Source: Candidatus Zixiibacteriota bacterium
GTDB taxonomy: Bacteria; Zixibacteria; MSB-5A5; UBA10806; 4484-95
DNA: 64,000 nt
Direction: 5' to 3'
Assembly: GCA_037441845.1 (NCBI GenBank)
Contig: JBBIRK010000007.1
Location: 34,575 to 98,574 of the forward strand
Below, piece after piece: positions 29,842 through 39,491 of this stretch. The notes under the pieces are model-generated. The model was not told where the DNA came from and ran no database searches. It saw only the letters and a program-made list of their open reading frames with translations. The position numbers were made by a program, and so were the translations under genes. Within the stretch, counting starts at the first letter, position 1; every line of letters begins with the position of its first letter.

Positions 29842-30833
29842 AATATCACCCTCAAAGTCAGCATATTGTATGATCCCTCGTCGAGTTTGCCGCCCTTATA
29901 AGCGTAATCTATTCCTCCGCGAAGACCGCCGATGGGGAAAAATAGACTTCCCCCGAACGCCGGCGATTTGTCCGAATATCCGGCTCGTAGGCCGAACCAC
30001 CTTTCCGCCTTCGTTTCCGAAACTTCTTCATCGTCCTCATCGATTCCATCCGGATTTTCAATTAGAACCTCACGAGTCAACCAGTATTCGGCGCCGATAT
30101 TAATCACGGGATCGAGCTTTGCATCTTTCTCTATATCCAGCGCGGTGATGATTTTCTCATCGAACCCATAAGCGGCCGCCCCGAATCGAAATCGAATCGG
30201 CAGTTTGTCATCGTATTCCGAGTCGGTGCCGGCCCAATCCTGCCAACGGAAACTGGAACCGAGATTGCCGATACTGACGCCGACGGATCCTCTTTTTTCA
30301 TAGACTGCGATCGCTCCCAAATCAACGGCGATGGCGAATGCACTCAGATCCTCGAGTCTGGAATGCAGGTAGCGCAGATTAGCGCCGGCCGCGAAAAAAT
30401 CGCCGAATTTTTTGGCGAAACTTAGCCCGAACACGTTATTGCCGTTGGGCATATTCCCCGCAGGATTTCTGTCGGAATCCCGCATCTGCACTTCTCCCAC
30501 CGAACTATGAAGCCAGGATATTCCGAGCATCGCCTGATTGCGAACGCGCGTAACCACACTTGCGCCCATCAGCCGGCGATCCAATGTCAAACTGTTGTAG
30601 GTGAAAGCAGCCTCCCGCGTCGGGAAAGCCGCCAGACCAGCCGGATTGAAAAATACTCCTTCGGCTCCCTCGGCTATGGCCGTGAAAGCATTTCCCATCC
30701 CCGCCGCTCTCGCTCCCAGTCCCAACTTTAGGTAACTGCCTGCATATCCGGCCTTACCGGTTTCGGCGGAGGCGATACAAACCGATAAGATGATCACCAA
30801 TGCCGTAGCTGTCGCGAGATATTTCCTGTTCAT
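29838..30833 (-). CDS. PorV/PorQ (UPF0164) family outer-membrane beta-barrel
   Basis: YLKLGLGARAAGMGNAFTA...FNPAGL; terminal Phe; acidic loop insert. Confidence 0.85.
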   Translation of the reverse strand: MNRKYLATATALVIILSVCIASAETGKAGYAGSYLKLGLGARAAGMGNAFTAIAEGAEGVFFNPAGLAAFPTREAAFTYNSLTLDRRLMGASVVTRVRNQAMLGISWLHSSVGEVQMRDSDRNPAGNMPNGNNVFGLSFAKKFGDFFAAGANLRYLHSRLEDLSAFAIAVDLGAIAVYEKRGSVGVSIGNLGSSFRWQDWAGTDSEYDDKLPIRFRFGAAAYGFDEKIITALDIEKDAKLDPVINIGAEYWLTREVLIENPDGIDEDDEEVSETKAERWFGLRAGYSDKSPAFGGSLFFPIGGLRGGIDYAYKGGKLDEGSYNMLTLRVIF

Positions 30834-32356
30834 TTTACGACGACCACCTTTCCCCACCAGTTCTGGCCGGAGGAAAACTTGATGTTGTAGAAATACACGC
30901 CGTTGGCGACAATGACACCTTCATCGTTACGCCCATCCCAGACATCGACATCGTATTCCAAACCGCCGGCCCGGGGTTCGGCGTCGATCAGAGTGCGCAC
31001 CAGGTCCAGATTGAAATCGTAAATTTTGATCGTCACTTCCGCGTTTGCCGCCGGCTTATAATGTATCGTGCTTCCCTGACGGGTCGATGTGTAAGGCGAA
31101 AACGGCGATGGGTAAGCATAATGATCGTCGGCGTATAACTCCGATCGGAAAACCGACCAACTGCCACCCTGGTCAGCGGACTTTATTACTCCGTCCGCTC
31201 CGCCCGCCCAGATTTCACCGCTTATTACCTCCACGCAGTAAAAAGGCGATTGGAAATACCTTTTTCTTCCGGAAGTATCGTCCACCGAGGTGATATACGT
31301 CCAGCTCGGATAGTCACCGGTCAACGAATCTCGGATTCCAATCGCCAGCCCGTAACCACGATCGGAAAGACGATCGTCCCCGAATGCGACAAGGGTCGTT
31401 TCGCCGATGAAAGCGAAATCCCAGGCGGGTTTGCTCAACGGCTTGGTCCAGTGTATTCCATCGTCGGTCGAATAGGCGATGGCGTAATCCTGACCGCTTG
31501 CGCCGTAGCCGGGGCGGCAGGCGGCCCAGAGATATTTCACCGTGTCGATTTTATTGACTCCCAGGCTGACCACAAAATTGCCCGGCAGTCTATGATCAAG
31601 CGGCACCGTATCATTGGCGTTGAAATAGAGCTGCACGGCCGTGTCTTGTTTTAACGCGGGGTTGCCGTAGTTCGTGAATATATAGCGAATTATGCCGAAC
31701 GCCGAACCCGCCCAAAGCGAAATCGTATCGGGAAGTCCGGTCGAATCAATCTTCACCGAAAAGTAACGATTAGTATAGCTTATGTAATTCTCGTTCAAAA
31801 GATCCAGGCTGTCATTGGCATTCAGGAAAAAATTCTCCCAGGCCAGTCCGCCGTTGGTCGATCGGATCAATCCCCCATAGAAACAAGCGCTGAAAATATG
31901 CCCCCGGAAAACCTCGATATCATAGGATAATTTTCCGTAACCTATCCCCTGCTCTGGATAGCGGACGGTATCCCAACTTACCCCGTGATTAACCGTGCGC
32001 ACGAAACCATCACCGAACGGATACGAATTCCCTTGAACCTCTTCCGTATGCGACGTGGCCACCCACACGTGGGGAACGCCGAGATGAATTCCCGCTCCGA
32101 GCGCTGAGACCTGTTCGCTCGGCAGGCCGGATCGGCCGTTGAACGTCAGCCAGCTGGCTCCGCCGTCGCTCGAGTAGGAAGCGCCGCCTCCGGTTCCCAA
32201 CCAGACGCCGGTGCCATCGTAGGCGATATCTATCACCGAATTGGAAGTAATGCCCGCATAGGGGTCGTCGAGCGTGTAACTCATAAAGGCGGGCGTCGGC
32301 GATGTCCTAACCAGGAGGACGACTATCGCGGCGGCCGTAATCAATCGATAATTCAT
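30830..32356 (-). CDS. Secreted beta-propeller (BNR/Asp-box) protein with FlgD-Ig/CTD-like C-terminus
   Basis: SSDGGASW, STNGGLAW, STDDGIHW, SADQGGSW; YPSPFSP...WDGRN...NGVYFY...GKVVVVK. Confidence 0.8.
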   Translation of the reverse strand: MNYRLITAAAIVVLLVRTSPTPAFMSYTLDDPYAGITSNSVIDIAYDGTGVWLGTGGGASYSSDGGASWLTFNGRSGLPSEQVSALGAGIHLGVPHVWVATSHTEEVQGNSYPFGDGFVRTVNHGVSWDTVRYPEQGIGYGKLSYDIEVFRGHIFSACFYGGLIRSTNGGLAWENFFLNANDSLDLLNENYISYTNRYFSVKIDSTGLPDTISLWAGSAFGIIRYIFTNYGNPALKQDTAVQLYFNANDTVPLDHRLPGNFVVSLGVNKIDTVKYLWAACRPGYGASGQDYAIAYSTDDGIHWTKPLSKPAWDFAFIGETTLVAFGDDRLSDRGYGLAIGIRDSLTGDYPSWTYITSVDDTSGRKRYFQSPFYCVEVISGEIWAGGADGVIKSADQGGSWSVFRSELYADDHYAYPSPFSPYTSTRQGSTIHYKPAANAEVTIKIYDFNLDLVRTLIDAEPRAGGLEYDVDVWDGRNDEGVIVANGVYFYNIKFSSGQNWWGKVVVVK

Positions 32357-32385
32357 GGTGCAGAGGTTCTCCTTGCGAAATTTCG

Positions 32386-33279
32386 TTAGTAAGCTTGAAT
32401 ATAAATAATCGTGTCGACATCGCGGGCCGGATTGCCTTCGAGATCGACCGCACTCAATCGCAAAAGATAACGACCTGCGGCGAAATCTCCGCCGGCGGCG
32501 GGAATTTCCCGCGAATAACGACCGTCTCCCGATACACTATCACCGGCGATTCCCGCGTCGTTCAACAGATAAGTGCCCATAAAATCGGTGGAATCGAAAT
32601 AAAGGCTCGACCAAACGCTGTCTATATCCGTCAGCCCATCGATATCGAAAAGACGGGCGGCAGTCAAAAGATGATCGATTCCGTTCGGGAAAAAGCCGAT
32701 ATTGACCCGGGAAATTACCGGACCCGGCCATTCGTAGGCGGTGACAACTTTGGTTAACTCCGGCGAATCGTTGCCGACCCGATCGAAAGCCCGGAAACGA
32801 AAAGTATAATCACCGGTTTGGTTGGCGGTCGAGGGCGCCTGAATCCCGATTGTGTAGATACCGTCGCCGGCCGTCGAATCGCCGGCCAGGCCGTTGTCGA
32901 GCAGATAAAATCTATAACCGTTGGAGCTGCCGTCGGGGCGAATGACGACGAAATAAACCGAATCGATATCGGTCAGTCCCTGAGGATCGCGGACGCTGAC
33001 GTAGATATATGATGTATCGGGGCTCCCTTTTTGAAGCGAATCCGGGCAAATCAAATTGTATAGCTCGGGTGATTCGCTTTCGGCGGGATTGCTGCATCCG
33101 ATAAGAAAGGTGCATACACTCACCAATATGATCATTGAAGTTGCGATAACTACAATATGCAGGATTTCGAATGCACGGACGTCTGACAAGTTTCCGCAGA
33201 TGAATTTTCCGAATTTGCTCATCTTAACAATCTTATCAGGCGTCCTCCCGCGTTTCAAGCTAAAATAGTGCTTTTGCAT
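32386..33279 (-). CDS. Probable lipoprotein with two choice-of-anchor-X-like Asp/Gly loops (start uncertain)
   Basis: FLIG-C lipobox; LLDNGLAGDSTAGDGIYT and LNDAGIAGDSVSGDGRYS. Confidence 0.65.
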   Translation of the reverse strand: MQKHYFSLKRGRTPDKIVKMSKFGKFICGNLSDVRAFEILHIVVIATSMIILVSVCTFLIGCSNPAESESPELYNLICPDSLQKGSPDTSYIYVSVRDPQGLTDIDSVYFVVIRPDGSSNGYRFYLLDNGLAGDSTAGDGIYTIGIQAPSTANQTGDYTFRFRAFDRVGNDSPELTKVVTAYEWPGPVISRVNIGFFPNGIDHLLTAARLFDIDGLTDIDSVWSSLYFDSTDFMGTYLLNDAGIAGDSVSGDGRYSREIPAAGGDFAAGRYLLRLSAVDLEGNPARDVDTIIYIQAY

Positions 33280-33285
33280 ATTATG

Positions 33286-34200
33286 TCAAGCGCTTAATCG
33301 GCCTATTTGTTCCAGCAATAATCCATGACGCAACCCGCCCGGCGAAACCATCATGGAGTCGACGCCGAAACTTTTCATGAATGAGCTGAGTATCGCTCCG
33401 CCCGGCACGATTATATCGGCGCGCGGGGTGTCGAAAGGAATCGCTTCCCTGCGTTTATCGATAGTCATGGAGGACAACTCGATCAAGCATCTTTTCAACC
33501 CTCCGGCTTCGAGCCGAAGTCCTTTCGGCCATGTATCCGGAAACACTTTGAACCCTGCGCTGTATAACGCCAATGTCACGGCCGAGCCGCCAATCGCATA
33601 GACCGATATCGATCCTCCCGCCAACAACCGCCTGAAATCCGACGATTCGAACAGGCTGCCGGCGCGCTCGAGATATCGATCGGGCGGCATTTCATATCCG
33701 ATTTCCTCCGCCAGCGCAACCGCCCCCAACCCGATACTCCGCCAATCCCGCATTTTTTTGCCGATACCGATTGCAAGTTCCGTCGAACCGCCGCCTACAT
33801 CTATAACCGCATTCAATCCGTCGCCGGCATCAACCGCATTGGTCGCACCGAGAAATCCGAGGGCGGCTTCTTTGGCCGGACTGATGATTTCGACTTTCAC
33901 GCCAAATTCACTGCTTAACGACAGAGCGAACGCATCGCCGTCTTTAGCCCGCCGTAACACTTCGGTGGCGACGATCCGTAGATCCGTTCCGCAGTCGGCA
34001 AGTTCGCTCAATGCAATCCGTAGAGCCGATCGCAACCTTTGTTTATATTCCGCGGATAGGTTGCCATCGGAATCATACCTCACTCCGGCTCGGTAGTGAT
34101 GTCGATTATCGACTATTACCCTAAGGTTATCTTTATCCATATATCCGGCCAGAGAAAGGACGGTATTGGTGCCGATGTCGATGGCGCCGTACAACTTCAT
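33286..34200 (-). CDS. Ppx/GppA family phosphatase
   Basis: AIDIGTN, ATEVLR, DVGGGSTE, RADIIVPG, GLRHG; ATG 34200 overlaps the upstream stop. Confidence 0.9.
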   Translation of the reverse strand: MKLYGAIDIGTNTVLSLAGYMDKDNLRVIVDNRHHYRAGVRYDSDGNLSAEYKQRLRSALRIALSELADCGTDLRIVATEVLRRAKDGDAFALSLSSEFGVKVEIISPAKEAALGFLGATNAVDAGDGLNAVIDVGGGSTELAIGIGKKMRDWRSIGLGAVALAEEIGYEMPPDRYLERAGSLFESSDFRRLLAGGSISVYAIGGSAVTLALYSAGFKVFPDTWPKGLRLEAGGLKRCLIELSSMTIDKRREAIPFDTPRADIIVPGGAILSSFMKSFGVDSMMVSPGGLRHGLLLEQIGRLSA

Positions 34201-35576
34201 TTTTTGATCGTATTTACCGCGCGGTAGGCTTTCGCCTTGCTCATTAGGTTGGCATCGCTTTGAGGAAACCAGACGAGCTCTCCGTTTGCTGGCAACGAAT
34301 TCCGCACTATGGAGATCCAATCTTTAAGGCCAGGATATCGATAAGTTGAAACCTGCCATAGAAAAACGGCCATTTCGCGGGCATCGGCTTCCGAAATTGT
34401 GACCTCGGCGAGGTCGGGAGGCAGCTTGTTTTCGAGTCGGTCTGAAGGCTGGGATCTGAACATTCTAAGAGCGGCTTCGGCCCAGCGACCGACATCTGCC
34501 GATCGAAACGCCGGGGCATAAAGATAAAACAGGTTTTCTCGCTTGGCTTGGGCCATCAACGAAAGCTCCGAAACCAAAAGCTCAGCATAATCGGCCACCT
34601 TTTTATAGGTTTTTCCCGACTTAATTTCAAGATGAAACCGCCAATAAGGAGCTACTCCGCCATTGGCCACCAGCGGATTTGAGGATTTCAGACCTGATTG
34701 ATCGAGCAAATAGCCGCGCCGGCAGTTTTTGCAGCCGAAAAAAAGGGAAAACTGCGACTCGGCCAAATCTGCCCCGCAATTGGGACACTGATGCTTTTCC
34801 GGCTTGATGAAAATGGAGTTTTTCTGAGTCGATTGCGGTCCGGTATAATCAAAAGGAAAATCGAGCGACTGGTAACCGCGTCCTGCAAGGGCATCGACAA
34901 ACACCGCTTTTTGAGCGCCGGCGAATTCATGATTGATGACCCAGATCGGAAAATAAACAACCGATACCTGGCTTCCGATCATCGCCTGACACAACGGTTC
35001 CGCCCTGTTATAATAAGTCAGATTCGCCGTGTGTTGCTTCAAGGCAAGCTCACGAGCGTCGCCTCCGGCTATCGCAGATCCCACCATAATCCCCCCCTCC
35101 GGCATCGCCGGTCGTTCGGCATACAGCGGAACCGCCACCGGCCTGACTCCAAGCGAATCCAAGCCGAATTCCGGCTGGGTATATGCCGGAAAGGTTATAT
35201 CGAAATCTTTTCCTTTCAGAACGAATTTTCTTCGATATTCAATCAAGCCGTCGCTTTCGGGGATCTCGATTACTTCTTCGGTGCGAAGATAATCGATTGC
35301 CATTCCCCGGAATCTGTAAAAAGGAAGATAATAAAAACGGATATTGACGATAGCCCCGGTGAGCGGCAAACCGTTTTCCTTTAGGAAACGATCGGCGGCC
35401 GTGCGGGCGGCACGGGAGTCCAATTTAGGCGCATAAAAATATTTGAGGACGGCACCCGGCTTGGCGATTCTTACTATCAAACCGCAAAATTCACATCGAT
35501 TGACCGTTGCGCCCTCTGGAGCATGCGATAATTTTCCGCAGCCCGGACAACTATAAATCAAATTATTTTCGGTCAT
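34197..35576 (-). CDS. Zinc-ribbon protein (YdjG-like partner of an SPFH protein)
   Basis: CPGC..CEFC and CPNC..CKNC; YLPFY and YFPIW motifs. Confidence 0.7.
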   Translation of the reverse strand: MTENNLIYSCPGCGKLSHAPEGATVNRCEFCGLIVRIAKPGAVLKYFYAPKLDSRAARTAADRFLKENGLPLTGAIVNIRFYYLPFYRFRGMAIDYLRTEEVIEIPESDGLIEYRRKFVLKGKDFDITFPAYTQPEFGLDSLGVRPVAVPLYAERPAMPEGGIMVGSAIAGGDARELALKQHTANLTYYNRAEPLCQAMIGSQVSVVYFPIWVINHEFAGAQKAVFVDALAGRGYQSLDFPFDYTGPQSTQKNSIFIKPEKHQCPNCGADLAESQFSLFFGCKNCRRGYLLDQSGLKSSNPLVANGGVAPYWRFHLEIKSGKTYKKVADYAELLVSELSLMAQAKRENLFYLYAPAFRSADVGRWAEAALRMFRSQPSDRLENKLPPDLAEVTISEADAREMAVFLWQVSTYRYPGLKDWISIVRNSLPANGELVWFPQSDANLMSKAKAYRAVNTIKK

Positions 35577-36684
35577 CGCCGAGCTGGTTGCCGCATTTCG
35601 GGCAGAACTTCGCCTCAAGCGACGGTTCGAAACCGCAACGGCCGCAAATCGTTTTTGCCGCGATTTTGTGGCCGCAGTTATGGCAGAAATTGACAGACGT
35701 CGGCAATTCCGCTTTGCACTCGGGACAGAGGGTTACGGTCACGATCTGATAGCCGCATTTGAAACAAAAACGCGAGTCAGCCGGTGTCTCGGCGCCGCAT
35801 TTGGGACAGGCAAAGCCGACTGACTCCTTGGGCGATTCCGACTGTCTCTGCCCCAGTGCATCCTGAAATATCCCGGGCACCATCAGCCCCACGCCGGCCC
35901 CCATGCCTATACCGGTGCCCGTCTGGGCGGCGTTTCCTTGAGCGGTCATGGCTTTGGCCAGCGAGTATTTGAGGAAATTATTGAGATCCCCCACGGCTTT
36001 CATGGAGGATTTTTCGTCGATCATTTTTTGCACTTCATCCGGTGGCGTAATCGAGGTGATGAAGAAATCTATCAATTCGAGGCCGTATTTCCGGAAATCA
36101 TCGGAGATGCGAATTTTGATATCGCGGCCGAGTTCGTCATAGTTGGCCGGCAGATCGAAAATCGTCTCGAGCCTTTCGCCGAACATATCGTTTATCCTGG
36201 CCACGATCAAATCTCTCAAGTAATCGGATATATCCGAAGTGGTGAATTTGGCTTCGCGCCCCACGATGGAATTTATGAAAGCCAGGGGTTCGACTATCCG
36301 ACAAGTGTAGGCGCCATAACCGCGCAAACGGACGAGTCCCAATTCGCGGTCGCGGAAAGTCACGGGATCTTTGGTTCCCCACTTGAGGTTGGTGAATACT
36401 TTATGGTTTATGAAATAAACCTCGCAGCGGAACGGGGATTTGAAACCCCAGGTCATGGAGAGAGCCCGGGTCAGAAGCGGCAAGTTAAGGCTGGTTAACG
36501 TGTGTCGGCCGGGACCCAGCACGTCATAGGCGCGGCCGCTGCGGAAAAACACGGCCGATTGCGAATCTCTCACGATAACCTGCGCGCCGAGTTTTATGTC
36601 CGCCGAACCCTCGGGAGGATAGCGATAAATCATATCCTCCCCGGTCATATCCATCCACTCGATTATTTCCATTACGATTGACAT
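35563..36684 (-). CDS. SPFH domain protein with C-terminal double zinc ribbons (YdjI-like)
   Basis: AAAGGAG SD, ATG 36684; GPGRHTL, EVYFIN, KWGT; three CxxC..FCxxCG units. Confidence 0.88.
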   Translation of the reverse strand: MSIVMEIIEWMDMTGEDMIYRYPPEGSADIKLGAQVIVRDSQSAVFFRSGRAYDVLGPGRHTLTSLNLPLLTRALSMTWGFKSPFRCEVYFINHKVFTNLKWGTKDPVTFRDRELGLVRLRGYGAYTCRIVEPLAFINSIVGREAKFTTSDISDYLRDLIVARINDMFGERLETIFDLPANYDELGRDIKIRISDDFRKYGLELIDFFITSITPPDEVQKMIDEKSSMKAVGDLNNFLKYSLAKAMTAQGNAAQTGTGIGMGAGVGLMVPGIFQDALGQRQSESPKESVGFACPKCGAETPADSRFCFKCGYQIVTVTLCPECKAELPTSVNFCHNCGHKIAAKTICGRCGFEPSLEAKFCPKCGNQLGDDRK

Positions 36685-36818
36685 GGTCACGCTCCTTTCG
36701 GCCGTACCGGTCGAATTTATGGTATTGATATCCGCGGCGCCCATGCGCCCATTAACGATTATCGGCCGCCAATGGAGGGGTCTATAATGAGGAGTTGATT
36801 TGAATTGGAATGGTGCCG

Positions 36819-37766
36819 TTAAAGGTTGCAGCCGGCGTTTTCGGGGGGCGATTCGCCGTTTGTTCTTATTCGGTCTTCCGAATCTGTGGTTTTGCGGCAG
36901 CATTCGCATTCGAGTTGTAAGGTCGCATGACGAATTCCGTATTTTTCGGCAAGAACCGCATTGAGTTGATCGAGGATTTTCCGGCCCAAATGCGGGCTGT
37001 CGCCGGCGATGATGAGATTGGCCATTAACATGTTATTATGGGAGGAAAGCGTCCAGATATGTAGATCGTTGATTGCCGTAACCCCCGGTGTCGCCAGAAT
37101 ATCGGCGGCCACCGCCCGCGAATCGATACCCGTAGGAGAACCTTCGAGAAGTATATGGACGGCATCCCGCAAAACACCAAAGGCACCGCGGATGATTATA
37201 AGACCTATCAATATGGAAATAATCGGATCGACCAGGCGATTGCCCGTAAGAGCAATTACAACCCCGCCGACTATCACCCCAATAGACGCCAGCATATCTC
37301 CCAGCACGTGCAGGAATGCCGAACGCACGTTCAAGTTATGTCCGGCAGCGGAATTTAGCATCAAAAGTATCCCGAAATTGACGGCAAGCCCGATGATGGC
37401 CACCACCAACAGGGGAACGCTTTTCACATCTTCCGGCGCGCCTATCCTTCGATACGCTTCCCAGAATATCAAGATAGAAATCACCAACAGCGATAATCCG
37501 TTCAGAATAGCGGCCAAGATTTCCACCCGGTGATAACCAAACGTCTTACGGGGATTGGCCGGCAGACCAGCCAGATACAGGGCCGCCATAGATAGGCCGA
37601 TTGCCATCATGTCGGCGAACAAATGACCTGCATCGGACAATAGAGCCAGCGAATTGGCCGCAATACCACCGATAACCTCGACCATAAATATGAATCCGGT
37701 AAGCAACAATGCCAGTCTCATCTTTTTGATCAACTGGCTTTGAATGGCATCTATCTTGTTTTTCAT
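36819..37766 (-). CDS. Cation diffusion facilitator (CzcD/ZitB-like)
   Basis: SLALLSDAGH, TFGYHRVE, HVLGD, DLHIW, HATLQLE. Confidence 0.92.
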   Translation of the reverse strand: MKNKIDAIQSQLIKKMRLALLLTGFIFMVEVIGGIAANSLALLSDAGHLFADMMAIGLSMAALYLAGLPANPRKTFGYHRVEILAAILNGLSLLVISILIFWEAYRRIGAPEDVKSVPLLVVAIIGLAVNFGILLMLNSAAGHNLNVRSAFLHVLGDMLASIGVIVGGVVIALTGNRLVDPIISILIGLIIIRGAFGVLRDAVHILLEGSPTGIDSRAVAADILATPGVTAINDLHIWTLSSHNNMLMANLIIAGDSPHLGRKILDQLNAVLAEKYGIRHATLQLECECCRKTTDSEDRIRTNGESPPENAGCNL

Positions 37767-37806
37767 CAATCGAGTCAACCAGCGTTTCGATTGGAATTGT
37801 TTCAAC

Positions 37807-37828
37807 AAAAAGCCCCGTATAACGGGGC
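37807..37828 (-). terminator. Intrinsic terminator after the M23 gene
   Basis: GCCCCGT/ACGGGGC stem with a T5 tail on the minus strand. Confidence 0.7.
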
Positions 37829-37856
37829 GAATAAACGATAATATGCGGTTCCGTCT

Positions 37857-38771
37857 TTAAGGAGTATAAAGCGCGGTCTTGACGGCGAAATTCAGCGGGT
37901 TGACCGGCTGCCCGTTTTTTCTGACTTCATAATGCAGATGCGGACCAGTCGATTGGCCGGTCGAGCCCACGAAGCCAATGACATCCATACGCTTGACGGA
38001 ATCACCGCGGCGCGCCTTTATCAGACTCATATGGCCATATACCGTAACTATTCCGAAACCATGATCGATAACTATACAATTGCCCAGGCCCTGTTCCCAC
38101 CCGGCGGAGACCACTCTACCGGCGGCCGGCGCATGTATGGGTGTGCCGCGTTCGGCGGAAATATCCAACCCGTTATGCATCTGGTAAAACCCGGTTACCG
38201 GATTCACCTGCATACCGATTCCTCGGGTGATAAATCCCTCGACAGGCATAATCGACGGCGTATGATCGAGTTGTTCCCGTTTGCTTTGAAGCTTATCGTA
38301 AACGTCGCTAAACGATGCGTTCTCCAATTTAATCTGTCGCAGGATCTTTTCTATATCATTTTCGATTACGGTGACCTGATCCACCAACGGCGAAAATATA
38401 TCGGCAGTCTCGAACGTGCGTCCGCCAATACCGACCTCGCGGATAGAGGGATCGATGCTCGGCAGGTCGAACACCAGACGGATATTCTCGTCTTTTTCGA
38501 TTATGCCGGCCATTTGGCCCTTAATCAACTCAACCGATTCCTGAAGCTCTTTTATTTTCTCGGCGAAAAAGCGATTTTCCCTTTTCAGCGTGGCCAGTTT
38601 ATGGTGATCCACATTTCTTCTGAAAAAGCCGATGGTAAAACCAAACAAAGTGATAAACAGAAAAGCGATCAACGTGGCTGCGGCGATTATTTTCCAACCG
38701 GTCAGGTGCTTCCGGATAACACGACCGGTATTTTCCGGAACGATTAAGAGCGAAAATCTGGTTCCAAACAT
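37857..38771 (-). CDS. M23 family metallopeptidase with TM anchor and coiled coil
   Basis: HNGLD, YGH, STGPHLHYEV; ATG 38771 after GGGAG. Confidence 0.92.
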   Translation of the reverse strand: MFGTRFSLLIVPENTGRVIRKHLTGWKIIAAATLIAFLFITLFGFTIGFFRRNVDHHKLATLKRENRFFAEKIKELQESVELIKGQMAGIIEKDENIRLVFDLPSIDPSIREVGIGGRTFETADIFSPLVDQVTVIENDIEKILRQIKLENASFSDVYDKLQSKREQLDHTPSIMPVEGFITRGIGMQVNPVTGFYQMHNGLDISAERGTPIHAPAAGRVVSAGWEQGLGNCIVIDHGFGIVTVYGHMSLIKARRGDSVKRMDVIGFVGSTGQSTGPHLHYEVRKNGQPVNPLNFAVKTALYTP

Positions 38772-38846
38772 AACTCCCTCCCGGAAACCATAAAACCGCG
38801 GCAAATTTATACGAACCGCTCGAATCTGTCAAGATGATAATTGTTA

Positions 38847-38987
38847 TTATTTGATCAGCAGGTAGTCGCGCTTGAGAATCTTGGTTACCACCTTGACGAA
38901 TTTCTCAGGCTGCAGCGCCTGCAAACTATAAAGGTGCCAGCAGTTTTTTTCCGGCAGTTTGAGGCCGGGTTTGCGTTTCTTGGACAT
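38847..38987 (-). CDS. Small basic hypothetical protein (46 aa)
   Basis: MSKKRKPGLKLPEKNCWHLYSLQALQPEKFVKVVTKILKRDYLLIK; purine-rich upstream sequence; co-oriented with neighbours. Confidence 0.55.
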   Translation of the reverse strand: MSKKRKPGLKLPEKNCWHLYSLQALQPEKFVKVVTKILKRDYLLIK

Positions 38988-38999
38988 CGCCAGACCCTT

Positions 39000-39250
39000 C
39001 CCCTGTCCTGCCGAAAACTTTACGTTTTCAATATGTGCCTGCAAAATTTATCGGCAGGAAGTTAGTTTCCTTAACGGCTGATGTTTTAGAGAACCGCAGG
39101 AATCGATTGCAATTACCGTTCCTCCGAAGAAGGCTTACGGTTATTGCGCAGCCATCGGCCAGTCGATTGTCCTTATTCCTCTTACCTAAACTATAAAGAT
39201 CGTTCAAGAAGTGACCATCAGGGACGAATTATGGGGATTTTCCCATAATC
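39000..39250. ncRNA. Candidate structured RNA or long structured leader
   Basis: Four inverted repeats in an ORF-free stretch, including a nested stem ending in a c(UUCG)g loop on the minus strand. Confidence 0.3.
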
Positions 39251-39312
39251 GGAGTGGGCTCGCAATAATTCATATCATAATGGCGAAATTGCGAATCAGC
39301 GAAATCAACCGG

Positions 39313-39465
39313 TCAACCACCGGATTGATCGGGAGGTTGCGGTTTCCTGAGCGCCCGAAGAATAACCCAGGCCACGGCTCCGAGCATAGGCATGATCATT
39401 AAAATCAGAACCGTAACCGCCCAGAAAGGCTCATCGTCGAAAAATCGTTTCAGCTCGTCAGGCAT
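39313..39465 (-). CDS. Small single-pass membrane protein (50 aa)
   Basis: Manual translation MPDELKRFFDDEPFWAVTVLILMIMPMLGAVAWVILRALRKPQPPDQSGG; one TM helix followed by basic residues; starts 26 nt after the thioredoxin stop. Confidence 0.65.
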   Translation of the reverse strand: MPDELKRFFDDEPFWAVTVLILMIMPMLGAVAWVILRALRKPQPPDQSGG

Positions 39466-39491
39466 GTACGCCCGTTAAATCAATCACCCGA

